Positions 48,129 through 56,866 of a DNA stretch of 64,000 nt are shown here, in pieces. The position numbers and the translations under genes are program-made. Each line of letters starts with the position of its first letter. Position 1 is the stretch's first letter. The stretch comes from an uncultured virus (IMG/VR IMGVR_UViG_3300014962_000005). Its lineage: Duplodnaviria; Heunggongvirae; Uroviricota; Caudoviricetes. The notes under the pieces were generated by a model, which was not told the origin of the DNA, did not search any database, and saw only the letters and a program-made list of their open reading frames with translations. The stretch is taken from the IMG/VR virus record IMGVR_UViG_3300014962_000005; one strand, written 5' to 3'.

Positions 48129-50119
48129 TTTCTGTAGTATGGGATCACACTACCTTTGGCTTCAAGTGGGAGGCCGTCGGCCCACTCTGGCAGAGTCGTC
48201 AGTAGATTGCAAAAGGTTTCAATGTTCTGCCCATTATACAGGTATCCGAGAGCTTCGTCATGGACTAATGCATTGATCTCGTATGCGGCCCGCTGGCATT
48301 GAACAAGGCCATTAGCCATGATGTCAACAGATGATCCCTGAGTAATGGACTGAGCAATATCCGCGCCGTAGGTATGGACTCGGCCCCATGCCTGCTTCCC
48401 CCGGAACTGGCCGAAGAATGTAATGGCCTCAGTCGGCTCTCCCCAGCTCGCCATTACACTCTCTACCTTGGGTTCCGGGTACGCTAGGCAGCGGCCACTC
48501 GGGAGCCTCACGAAGAGGTAGTTGAGACCTGCTGTGCGGGCGCAGAAAAACTGCGCCTTGCCGTTGACTCCGTATTTTTGACCTGGGTTAGTGATAGCTG
48601 ACCGAGCAGCAAACTCACACTTGCTCCAGAAGGCTTTGATGTTTGGGTTAGCCGCCCTCCATTTGTCGATAAGGTCTTGCATCGCCTCTTTCGGCAGCCC
48701 GAGCTTATCGGCACCCATCTTCATAAGCGCCCCGATTGACCCACCAAATCCACATGACAACTCGACCAATTTACCTTTCTGCCGAAGATCCTCGTCAACC
48801 TTGTCAATCGCGATGCCGAGCATCTGGGCAATGGACGCCTCATAGATCATGCCGTGGGTCTTGAAGACCTCGATTCGCCACTGCTCTCCAGCAAGCCATG
48901 CCAGCACTCGGGCCTCGATGGCGGAGTAGTCGGCATTGAGCATTGGCTTGCCATCGTCAACAAAGTTTCGGATGCAGGAGGCCACGCACTCGATAGGGTT
49001 GCCATAGAGAAGCCCGAGTTCATCTGCACCTGCGCCGCGCTTGATGTCGGCGTAGATGGCGTCGGTGAATTTCTTCAACGCCTTTTTCGGCTTCTTGGCG
49101 TTCTGCACCTGGGGGCCTGAGCTGGACCAGCGCCCGGTGCGGATCGCGCCGTAGAACATGAGAATGCCGCGCACCTTATTGTCATGTGGCCCGGCATACG
49201 CCTCGAAAGCGTCGAGCTTCTTGGTGGCAGCAAAGCTCACGCGCCTGCGCAATTCCAGCGCCCGGCCGGCGTCACCATTGGCCTCAAGCTCGTCGGAGTC
49301 CAGCAACTCGTCAATCGTCTCGGCCCGCAGGTCAGGCACGTCCACACCCCGCTGCGCCAGCCACTCGCGAAACGCGATGACTTGGGTGGGGTCGAGGCCG
49401 GTCAGTGCCTTGAACTCGGTCACGGCCTCGGTGCTGGCCTCCTCCACGATCTTCTTGGCGTTTCGCACGGCTTCGAGGTTGATGGGGATGCCGCGCTGGT
49501 TCATCAGCAAGTCGGCTTGGAAGACCTCCAGTTGGAAGCCGGTCAGTTCAAACGCCTTGAGCTTCTGGTGAATCTCCTGCTCGACACGGACATCCTGGAC
49601 GCAGTACTCGCAAAAGCTCTTGAACGCCTCGGGGTCGTCCTTGGGCTTGATGCGTCGTCCGTCCTTCTGGGGCATCGAGAACTTGCGAATCAGCGCCGAG
49701 CCTTTCGAGTCCTTCTGTTGCGCGAGTCCCAGTTTGGCCGCGACTTTTGCGAGCGAGTGTGGCAGCGCAGCCTTGCGGGCCATCGCGGCGGTGCAGCGCC
49801 AACGATGGACTGCGATCTTGGGGAGGCCGGTGGCCTTCTCCCAGAGCGCCTCAGTGATGGGAAATTCGAACTGGATGTTGTGGGCGTAGACTGGCTCATC
49901 GGACTGAGTGATGCGCTTCAGCATCGCATCCGCAGGAGAGGGGTCGTAGTCGGCGGGGCGATGGTTTGCTGGCAACCATAGCACGGGTTCGTCGCTGCCG
50001 TGGGCGATGGCCATGCAGAGGATCTCTGTAGTATCCGTGAAGGCATACCTCCATGACCCGACGTTAACCAAGTCGGCGGTGCTGTAGGTTTCAAAATCAA
50101 CGTGAAATGGTATACTCAT
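48125..50119 (-). CDS. polA: family A DNA polymerase (phage type, with 3'-5' exonuclease)
   Basis: VDFETYS (ExoI), TGRWSS, ADYSAIEARV (motif A), RQKGKLVELSCGFGG (motif B), VHDE (motif C). Confidence 0.9.
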   Translation of the reverse strand: MSIPFHVDFETYSTADLVNVGSWRYAFTDTTEILCMAIAHGSDEPVLWLPANHRPADYDPSPADAMLKRITQSDEPVYAHNIQFEFPITEALWEKATGLPKIAVHRWRCTAAMARKAALPHSLAKVAAKLGLAQQKDSKGSALIRKFSMPQKDGRRIKPKDDPEAFKSFCEYCVQDVRVEQEIHQKLKAFELTGFQLEVFQADLLMNQRGIPINLEAVRNAKKIVEEASTEAVTEFKALTGLDPTQVIAFREWLAQRGVDVPDLRAETIDELLDSDELEANGDAGRALELRRRVSFAATKKLDAFEAYAGPHDNKVRGILMFYGAIRTGRWSSSGPQVQNAKKPKKALKKFTDAIYADIKRGAGADELGLLYGNPIECVASCIRNFVDDGKPMLNADYSAIEARVLAWLAGEQWRIEVFKTHGMIYEASIAQMLGIAIDKVDEDLRQKGKLVELSCGFGGSIGALMKMGADKLGLPKEAMQDLIDKWRAANPNIKAFWSKCEFAARSAITNPGQKYGVNGKAQFFCARTAGLNYLFVRLPSGRCLAYPEPKVESVMASWGEPTEAITFFGQFRGKQAWGRVHTYGADIAQSITQGSSVDIMANGLVQCQRAAYEINALVHDEALGYLYNGQNIETFCNLLTTLPEWADGLPLEAKGSVIPYYRK

Positions 50120-50742
50120 GGACTATGTCTGCGGGTGCTAGGTGTAAAAATTGCGGCTTCATTACTCCAGCCTTTGGAAAGCCTTCTGGCGATAGTTGAG
50201 TAGTTTACTGGAGATTCCTCCGCCCACGAGGCTAAAGATTTTGTCTCCCCGAGAGCGTATAACAGTCTTGAGGACCTTCGATTCCTAGCTTGGTCTTTTG
50301 GTGTAGCCCACCTGCAATTTTCTGGAGAATAATCTCCATCGTTATCAATCCGGTCTATGCTGTGTAAAGGAGATGGCCGAGGCCCCATATCCTCTAGAAA
50401 GGCTTCAAATGAGGCCCACCTCTCACAAACTCGTATGCCTCTGCCACCGTACCATTCGTAGCTTGTTGACCCAGGTGATTCGCACCTAGCGCGCATCCCA
50501 CACCAAGTACTGAACATATCTCTGGGCAACCGGCCATGGGTCCGAAGACTACTACGAACCCAATCTTTTCTGCGCTCAGTCATGCAGTCTACGCAAGAGC
50601 TTGAAGGCTTGGCTTCGCTCATTAAGAGATAGCGTTCTTGACCGCAGTCGCAGCGAAATCTGACAAGAGTTCGGTTTGGGTATTTAGGGTGCGGCACTCC
50701 GGCCCCGATCACCGTCAACTTCCCGAACCTTGCTCCGATCAT
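50116..50742 (-). CDS. HNH homing-endonuclease-like protein
   Basis: IGARFGKLTV, YGGRGIRVCERW, SIDRIDNDGDYSPENCRWAT; frame also open back to 50874. Confidence 0.85.
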   Translation of the reverse strand: MIGARFGKLTVIGAGVPHPKYPNRTLVRFRCDCGQERYLLMSEAKPSSSCVDCMTERRKDWVRSSLRTHGRLPRDMFSTWCGMRARCESPGSTSYEWYGGRGIRVCERWASFEAFLEDMGPRPSPLHSIDRIDNDGDYSPENCRWATPKDQARNRRSSRLLYALGETKSLASWAEESPVNYSTIARRLSKGWSNEAAIFTPSTRRHSP

Positions 50743-50878
50743 GCTTCCGTCCCTCCAGTTTCTTCGGGCGGCCACCTTTTTTCCCGTTGGTCCTAGAGGC
50801 TTCTCTCTTGGCTTCGGATTTTGACTGGCCTCCGAGCTTTCCAAGGGCGACTGCGTGTGGGTTTTTGTCTTCATGCAT
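50684..50878 (-). CDS. small KGG-motif basic protein overlapping the HNH gene
   Basis: KNPHAVALGKLGGQSKSEAKREASRTNGKKGGRPKK. Confidence 0.55.
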   Translation of the reverse strand: MHEDKNPHAVALGKLGGQSKSEAKREASRTNGKKGGRPKKLEGRKHDRSKVREVDGDRGRSAAP

Positions 50879-50882
50879 AGTA

Positions 50883-50911
50883 GCTATATCCTATTCGGTT
50901 GGGTTTGTCAA
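50883..50911 (-). promoter_or_regulatory. sigma70-like promoter for HNH/polA
   Basis: TTGACA-N17-TATAGC. Confidence 0.6.
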
Positions 50912-51120
50912 TCGTAAATGCTCAATCCGTTGCCTGCCAGAAGCTCGTGCAACATGCGACGGGCCTCGTCGTAGTCGCTCACGTCGCCTTCACCGTGCTT
51001 CACTTTGCCACGGAGCCACTCGTCCATGTCGCTCACGGCAGACCTCCACTTGCCACCGTCCACGGCAACTTGGAGAAGCTCTTGTTCTTCAGGGAGTTGG
51101 AATGTCAGTGTGGCAGTCAT
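50908..51120 (-). CDS. conserved small phage protein
   Basis: ATLTFQLPEEQE...KWRSAVSDMDEWLRGKVKH. Confidence 0.7.
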   Translation of the reverse strand: MTATLTFQLPEEQELLQVAVDGGKWRSAVSDMDEWLRGKVKHGEGDVSDYDEARRMLHELLAGNGLSIYD

Positions 51121-52129
51121 GGCCGGATAGGAGTCGTCGGGTCATATCCAATGTCTCGGACCATCGACGTAGGTAGATGTTCGTACATCTTGGCGACGTG
51201 ATTGGGGCTACACCCCTCCATCAGAAACTCACCGCACAGGCACTCAATGTCCGGTGTGCCGTCGTCCCGAAGTGGTGGGTTGGGATAGTTGCCGAGGAAG
51301 TATTTGACGGCTTTGGCTTGGGAGTCGGTCATGGTTTGACTTTGGTAATGCGAGTGTTCTTGCCGGTCTTTTCGCAGAATGACTTGCGCCATTGCTTCGT
51401 CCCTTCGCGCTCGACGATCTTGCCGCAGTGCTTGCAACGGTAGAGGCTGGTGACGGGTTTCATGCGGTCCCCTTGTAAATTAGGTATGCGATTGAGAAGG
51501 CATAGACCAGCCACAGGAACAGAAGCTCCGGGTGGCGTTTGTAGAACGCCCATTCTTCTTTCAGGTGCTGCCTGTATTTGATCCAGTTCACGGAACCTCC
51601 TTCCATCGGAACTCCGTCAAGGAGGTTCCATCGATTACGCGCCATTCGGCAAAGCCTCGGTCAACGGCGTCTTGTTGTGTGCTGGTCCTACCGAAGCTCT
51701 CGCCACATAGGTGGCCCAGCAAAAGACCAAAGCCGAGGGCATTCAGGCAAAGGTAAATAGTGGCAATAAATCCGTTCATGTTTTCGGTTTGTGCTTCTTG
51801 ATGACCTTCCCAACCTCATGCGCCGCAATCCGGTAGTCGCCAGACATATAGCCGCAGGCAAGTTGCCACGGCGTAATCTGATGCGGTCTGGCACCGTCTG
51901 GCACTCGGCCCTGTTTAGCGTATGCGCGGGCCTCCTTGGCGAAGAACTCGCGCAGGGCTTCAAGGTCGGCGAGGATACAGTCGGGCATTGTATCGTTGTC
52001 GGAAAGTGTAGCCTGCCGCCGCAAGAGTTCGCCGGGTCTCCAGCGATACGTGCCCTCTTGCGCTGTCTCCATGCCTAGCAGCTTACGCACATGGAGTCGG
52101 TCGGCAGAGACACGGCAGGCAAGATGAGT

Positions 52130-52157
52130 GCCGCGCCACCTGTGACAGTGGCGCGGC
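52130..52157 (-). terminator. GC hairpin downstream of the SSB gene
   Basis: GCCGCGCCAC-N8-GTGGCGCGGC; U tract weak. Confidence 0.45.
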
Positions 52158-52166
52158 GTGGTTGGG

Positions 52167-52682
52167 TTACAGCTCGTCGGTCAGCGTGGCGAACTCGGCC
52201 TCGGCATCGACCGGAGCAGCACCGAACGAGTCACCATCCTTGGCGAACTGCACGGCACGAAGCTCGGCGTTGATGCGCTTTCCGTACTGGTTGTCCTGGA
52301 CCCAAAGGCGGATGCTCGCGTTGACGTAGCAGCCGGCGTAGGGTTTGCCGTCCTCCTCGGCCAGGGCCACGGAGGGGTCGCGGTCCACGATGGGGATGCG
52401 CTTCTTGCTGGAGGCGCTGACGTACTTGACGCCGGGGCCGTAGCCGTCGGTGTCGGGCTTCTCGCTGCCGTCGTGGAGGCATGTGCCCTTCATGTGCTTG
52501 CCCTTGAGTTCCTCGCGGTGGAGCTTCTCAATCGCAGACTCGATCTCTTTGATCTTGGCCGCGTGCTTGGTCTTGTCCAGCAGGAACGATGCGCCGAACT
52601 TCGGCTCACCGCCATCAGGGCCAGCCTTGGCTTTGAACAGGGCGGGGAAGGACAGACGGACGTTTTCGAGTTTGATGATCAT
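52167..52682 (-). CDS. DUF2815 family ssDNA-binding protein (gp2.5-like)
   Basis: NVRLSFPALF, YAGCYVNASI, AVQFAKDGDSFG, acidic tail. Confidence 0.9.
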   Translation of the reverse strand: MIIKLENVRLSFPALFKAKAGPDGGEPKFGASFLLDKTKHAAKIKEIESAIEKLHREELKGKHMKGTCLHDGSEKPDTDGYGPGVKYVSASSKKRIPIVDRDPSVALAEEDGKPYAGCYVNASIRLWVQDNQYGKRINAELRAVQFAKDGDSFGAAPVDAEAEFATLTDEL

Positions 52683-52730
52683 GGGTCTCTACGGTTTCTA
52701 CGGGTTCTGGGTTTCGTTGCGTATTCAGGT

Positions 52731-53957
52731 TCACAGATCGTCTGTGAGTTGCTGAAAGTCATTGGCGGCTGCCATCAGAGACGGCCGCTTGTCGCTCTCA
52801 GGGACGAGCGTGGGTTTGCCTTCACGACGGACGATCAGGCTCTCCAGCTTGTTCTTGAAGCGCGGGGAAAGGGGTTCATGCTTGAGCAGTTTCTCGGCTT
52901 GTGCAACCGAAACGAGCTTCTTCTCGAAAGTATTTTCCTTCAGCTTGGGCTTCAGGAACTTGGCAGCGGCCTCCTCGTCGGCCCACTGGCGCGAGCCACG
53001 GCCTTCGACGAGCTTCCATCCTGGGAGCGGGCGACCGTCAGCCGCGAGCTTCTGTGCGTAGGACTCGATTGAATCGAGCCACTTCCCGACTGACTTCGCT
53101 ACGGCGAGCGCAGCGAGTAGGTGAGTCTCGTCGAGAGCATCGGGGGGTGCAAGGCCAACGGTGACGGCGCTCGGGTCGGCCACGACGGCCTCGGGCTGGG
53201 TCAGCACCATGTCGAGTGGAGCGAGATCGCCGAGGAGGTGCTGGGCGCGGGCGGTGCAGAAGCCGCTGGCGGGGCAGAACTGGCAGGTCGTGTCGGAGGG
53301 GGCGAACTGAGCCTGAAAAAATGCGTAATCAGGATTCAGAACGTCTTCTGCAACAGATTTGATATGCAGGTTTGTCCAATCCTGCAACTCTCCCCACGTC
53401 ATCACCCATGGCTCATCAGGCTCGTCGCGGTGGCAGCGGGGCTGATAGATCGCCATGACGATCTTGGTGTCATCAGTGATGTCGTGCGTGCCTAGGCCGA
53501 GCACCACCGTCTCGATGAAGCAGCGGGCGTAGATCGCCATTTGCTTGTTCTCGAAGCTGTCCACCGGCACGCCGGCCCCGTACTTGTAGTCGATGATGGT
53601 GACTTGGTCGGTGGTGACGCTGGCGTAGTCCACGATGGCGTTGCGGCCGGGGTAGTACCAGAGTGGCACCTTCGTCTCAACGAACTCGGCGGCACCGGGG
53701 GCGGAGAGGCTGCGGCAGAAGTTGCGGTAGCCTTGTGCATGGCGCTCCATCTCGGCGGTTGCACCGACAGGGAGATTTTTACCCGTCAGTAAAGATTCGC
53801 AAACTGAGTGAGCAAGAGTGCCCTCCAGCGAGTAGGCCGTGTCGCGGTTCTCTGGAATCCTGTGATGGTTCTCCAGGATGAAACTTGGACTGGCCGTGCA
53901 GACGGTCCAGCGCGAGGCGCTGGATGCGCCGAGGTCGAGGCGTGGGGGCTTGTTCAT
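52731..53957 (-). CDS. DUF2800 family PD-(D/E)xK (Cas4-like) exonuclease
   Basis: ASSASRWTVC, EGTLAH, IIDYKYGAG, NKQMAIYA, CQFC; start at 53957. Confidence 0.9.
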   Translation of the reverse strand: MNKPPRLDLGASSASRWTVCTASPSFILENHHRIPENRDTAYSLEGTLAHSVCESLLTGKNLPVGATAEMERHAQGYRNFCRSLSAPGAAEFVETKVPLWYYPGRNAIVDYASVTTDQVTIIDYKYGAGVPVDSFENKQMAIYARCFIETVVLGLGTHDITDDTKIVMAIYQPRCHRDEPDEPWVMTWGELQDWTNLHIKSVAEDVLNPDYAFFQAQFAPSDTTCQFCPASGFCTARAQHLLGDLAPLDMVLTQPEAVVADPSAVTVGLAPPDALDETHLLAALAVAKSVGKWLDSIESYAQKLAADGRPLPGWKLVEGRGSRQWADEEAAAKFLKPKLKENTFEKKLVSVAQAEKLLKHEPLSPRFKNKLESLIVRREGKPTLVPESDKRPSLMAAANDFQQLTDDL

Positions 53958-54261
53958 CGGCAGATGAGGGCGATGTAGGGCATGGTGTTGCTCGGGCTGA
54001 GGCTTGAGCGGTATTTCACTTCTACCACCGCTTGCGAGCCAGCTTGGCTGGAGCACTCAACGCGCACCGGCAGGTGCTTGCCTTGGATGGCTTCAATCTC
54101 GTTGATGCGGTCAATGATTTCGGATGTGGTCATGGATTCCATAGGGTGTGGGCTGTTGGGTTTGAGGGGTGAGCGGCCTCGCTTTTATGCGCTTACGAGA
54201 CGGGCGATGGGAGTAACCAGTGAAGCAAAACACCGACGCAATGCCACGACGCTCAAGTTGT

Positions 54262-54816
54262 TCACAGGTTCTCAACACCGCACAGTTCGCAGGCGAACTT
54301 GTGGAACGCGGCGTAGTGCTTGGGGTCGAGATCCTTCAGGGCGTCGGCACCGTGCTCGGCAATCCACGCCTTCGCTTCAGGGAGCTTGTTGGCGCTGGCG
54401 ATGGCCGGGATGACGTTGGCGCGGAAGTAGTCCATGTCGAAGGGTGTCGGGAGGGATGGGGTTTCTTCTTGGGTTGGTGCAGGGACCGGTTCTTCGGCGG
54501 CAACCGGAGCCTGCTGTTCCTGCTCGGTAACAAGAGCAGCAGCAGCGGCTTGGACGACCTCGTTAGCAGCCTGCACCTCAGCTTCGCCGTAGGTGATGAT
54601 CTCCGGCTCAGGGGCAGTCTCGCGCTTCTTGCGGGTGCGCTTGGTCGGTTGCTCATCGTTGGTCAGCACGGTGACGAGCTGGGCTTCAGCGGTCTCTGCC
54701 ACCGGCTTCCGCAGCGCGTTCACCTGCATCACGGCCACGTCGTTGAGCGTGTCGATGAGTTGCTCGATCTTGCGGTTCAGTTCGGTCAGTTGGGGGATGT
54801 CGATTTCGATTTTCAT
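54262..54816 (-). CDS. hypothetical replication-module protein
   Basis: acidic/Pro linker plus helical C-terminus, as usually precedes DUF2800. Confidence 0.7.
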   Translation of the reverse strand: MKIEIDIPQLTELNRKIEQLIDTLNDVAVMQVNALRKPVAETAEAQLVTVLTNDEQPTKRTRKKRETAPEPEIITYGEAEVQAANEVVQAAAAALVTEQEQQAPVAAEEPVPAPTQEETPSLPTPFDMDYFRANVIPAIASANKLPEAKAWIAEHGADALKDLDPKHYAAFHKFACELCGVENL

Positions 54817-54866
54817 GGGTGTTCGTTTTGGGTTGTGCCGGCATCTTGGCGAGGCTCGGCGAGATG

Positions 54867-54885
54867 GTCAAGAACTATTTTACAG
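54867..54885 (-). promoter_or_regulatory. 19-bp repeated promoter element, copy 1
   Basis: CTGTAAAATAGTTCTTGAC identical to 56848-56866; TTGACC-N17-CAAGAT. Confidence 0.65.
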
Positions 54886-55561
54886 ACCCGACGTTTCACT
54901 TCTTCCCGCCAGCAGCGAGATGGCGACGGGCAGCTTTTCGTACCTGTCTTTGGTTGTGGCCGATAGAGTATTGCTTCCAGCTTGGCGGACCCTTTGGTCG
55001 GAGGGCCACTTTCTGAGCTTTGGATGCAGACTTTCCGTGGTCGGTATTCATGGGTATTGAGGCGGGTTTGCTGGGAAGTATCTGGTTCCGTCGTCTTGGC
55101 CGTCTCGGTTGATGCGGTCGCAGCGTACCAAAACTCCTTTGAGCATACAAGCTAAGGCCAGTGTATCTAAATAACCTTCGCTAGGAAGCCAGTTTACTAG
55201 TTCGGCCTTTATAATACTTTTATTTTCACATTTGGACTTGCTTACTTCTAGGAAATAGCCGGGCTTATCAGGGCGAAGGAGGGGTTCCATAATCAAGATT
55301 GCGTGGGTAGATCGCTGTTCGCGATTGCCAAGGCTTTACGGATTGTCGATTTGTCTCCGGTTTCAAGGTCGCGGCAGGCTTCGATAACGCCGCTCCAAAA
55401 GTGGCAACCGCCGCAAGTTCTTGGGCGCTCGCATTGCGCGGTCGCTCGATGTTGGTCCTTGAGAATTGACGCCGCTGCACCAAGAGCGGAGATGTGTTTC
55501 AGCATCTCGTCGTGACGCGCCTTCCAATCTACAGGAGGACCACCGCAAGTTACGTCGGGGT

Positions 55562-55813
55562 TCATGCTGCTTCGGGCTTCGGGCAGCCAAGGACTTCGTG
55601 GCCCGGGGCGTCGAACTCGACGAGGGTCAGGCGCACAACCTGCTCAGGCGGCGGCTCGTCTCGGTTTTCCCAAGCGACAGGCTCGAAGGAGAGGCTGGAC
55701 GTGAACGGGAGGCCGTTTTCGCGAAGCATTTCATCGAGGGCCTGGTGAACGTCGTTGAGCACGTCGTTCGGGTGTTGCATCAGGTTGAGGGGGCGGGTGG
55801 AGTACGTTTTCAT
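55562..55813 (-). CDS. hypothetical protein
   Basis: ORF with coupled neighbours. Confidence 0.6.
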   Translation of the reverse strand: MKTYSTRPLNLMQHPNDVLNDVHQALDEMLRENGLPFTSSLSFEPVAWENRDEPPPEQVVRLTLVEFDAPGHEVLGCPKPEAA

Positions 55814-56370
55814 GGGTTTGCGGTTTTGGTTTTCTCTGCGGCGGCTTTGAAGAGACGAAGACGTTCTTCTGTGCCGACCTTCTCTTCAAGCACTTCGCGA
55901 AGGGCTTTCAAGAACTTCTCATTGTCGCTGTTGGCAGCCTCGATGCGGAGCATCTTTGCCTCGTGGGCGGCCTGAGACACGGCCTTCAGCGAAGCCTCGT
56001 GGCGGTCATGTCTGCGCTGGCGCTCCTCGGCGGCGAATTTCTGGCGCTGGAACTCAAGGAGCTTGCTCTTGTTTTTGACAATCTCTTTGGAGAGATTGAC
56101 GATACTCTTGAGGCTTTGGTGAACCGTGGCTCGATGGCGCTTGGCGAGTTCAAGGGAGTATTGGCACTGGCGGTACCACGAGTTCTTCTCTCCTTCGTGG
56201 GCCTCAAGTTGAGCCTGCATCGACACGATAGCTTTGTCGAGGTTCTTGGCTTCTTCTTGCAGACCAAGGTAGAACCCTGTGTCCTTCGGGTCTCCGCCGA
56301 TGTTGGCGAGCAAGGTGGCGGCTTGCCGGTTGATTGGGTCTAGCGGAATATCGGGGTATGAGGGTTTCAT
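55810..56370 (-). CDS. coiled-coil hypothetical protein
   Basis: ORF track. Confidence 0.65.
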   Translation of the reverse strand: MKPSYPDIPLDPINRQAATLLANIGGDPKDTGFYLGLQEEAKNLDKAIVSMQAQLEAHEGEKNSWYRQCQYSLELAKRHRATVHQSLKSIVNLSKEIVKNKSKLLEFQRQKFAAEERQRRHDRHEASLKAVSQAAHEAKMLRIEAANSDNEKFLKALREVLEEKVGTEERLRLFKAAAEKTKTANP

Positions 56371-56618
56371 GTTTGTGAAGTGTGACTGTCCTGGTTAAAA
56401 GATGGCGGGGGTAATAAAACTGTTTCGGGATGAACAGTGGGAAGAGGTAGATGCGGGCGCGTAGCCCTGCACACTTTAAAGTCACATCGCACACACTTGA
56501 ATAAATACTCAATTTCAGTCTGCTTCATGTGTCCGTAGCAATGCTTACCCGTCTTCGCCGGAACAAAACCGCTGGAAATAACGATCGAAGGGTGTCCGTC
56601 CGGGTAGGGTGTTTTCAT
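56367..56618 (-). CDS. hypothetical protein flanked by a duplicated leader
   Basis: ORF track; 23-bp direct repeats at 56365 and 56613. Confidence 0.55.
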   Translation of the reverse strand: MKTPYPDGHPSIVISSGFVPAKTGKHCYGHMKQTEIEYLFKCVRCDFKVCRATRPHLPLPTVHPETVLLPPPSFNQDSHTSQT

Positions 56619-56847
56619 GTTTGTGAAGTGTGACTCACTCAGCGTGTGGAAACCTGAACGATGATCTCGGTTCCGTCGTTCAGAAGAATGGTGAACTCGC
56701 CTTCACGAAGGCGTTTCATGTTGAAGCAGTCGAGTTCAGGAATCTTGTTGGCGTCGATGGCAGCGGCGATGAGTTGAGCGATGATGGCTTTCATGGGTAG
56801 GTGTGTTTGTGGTCTGTGGGCGTATTCTGGCGAGACGATTCACCTGC

Positions 56848-56866
56848 GTCAAGAACTATTTTACAG
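56848..56866 (-). promoter_or_regulatory. 19-bp repeated promoter element, copy 2
   Basis: identical to 54867-54885; TTGACG-N17-CAGAAT. Confidence 0.65.

Noticed and set aside
52731..53957. Cas4-like nuclease as a CRISPR component
   Set aside because: It sits in the standard DUF2800-DUF2815-PolA module; no repeat-spacer array or other cas genes were seen
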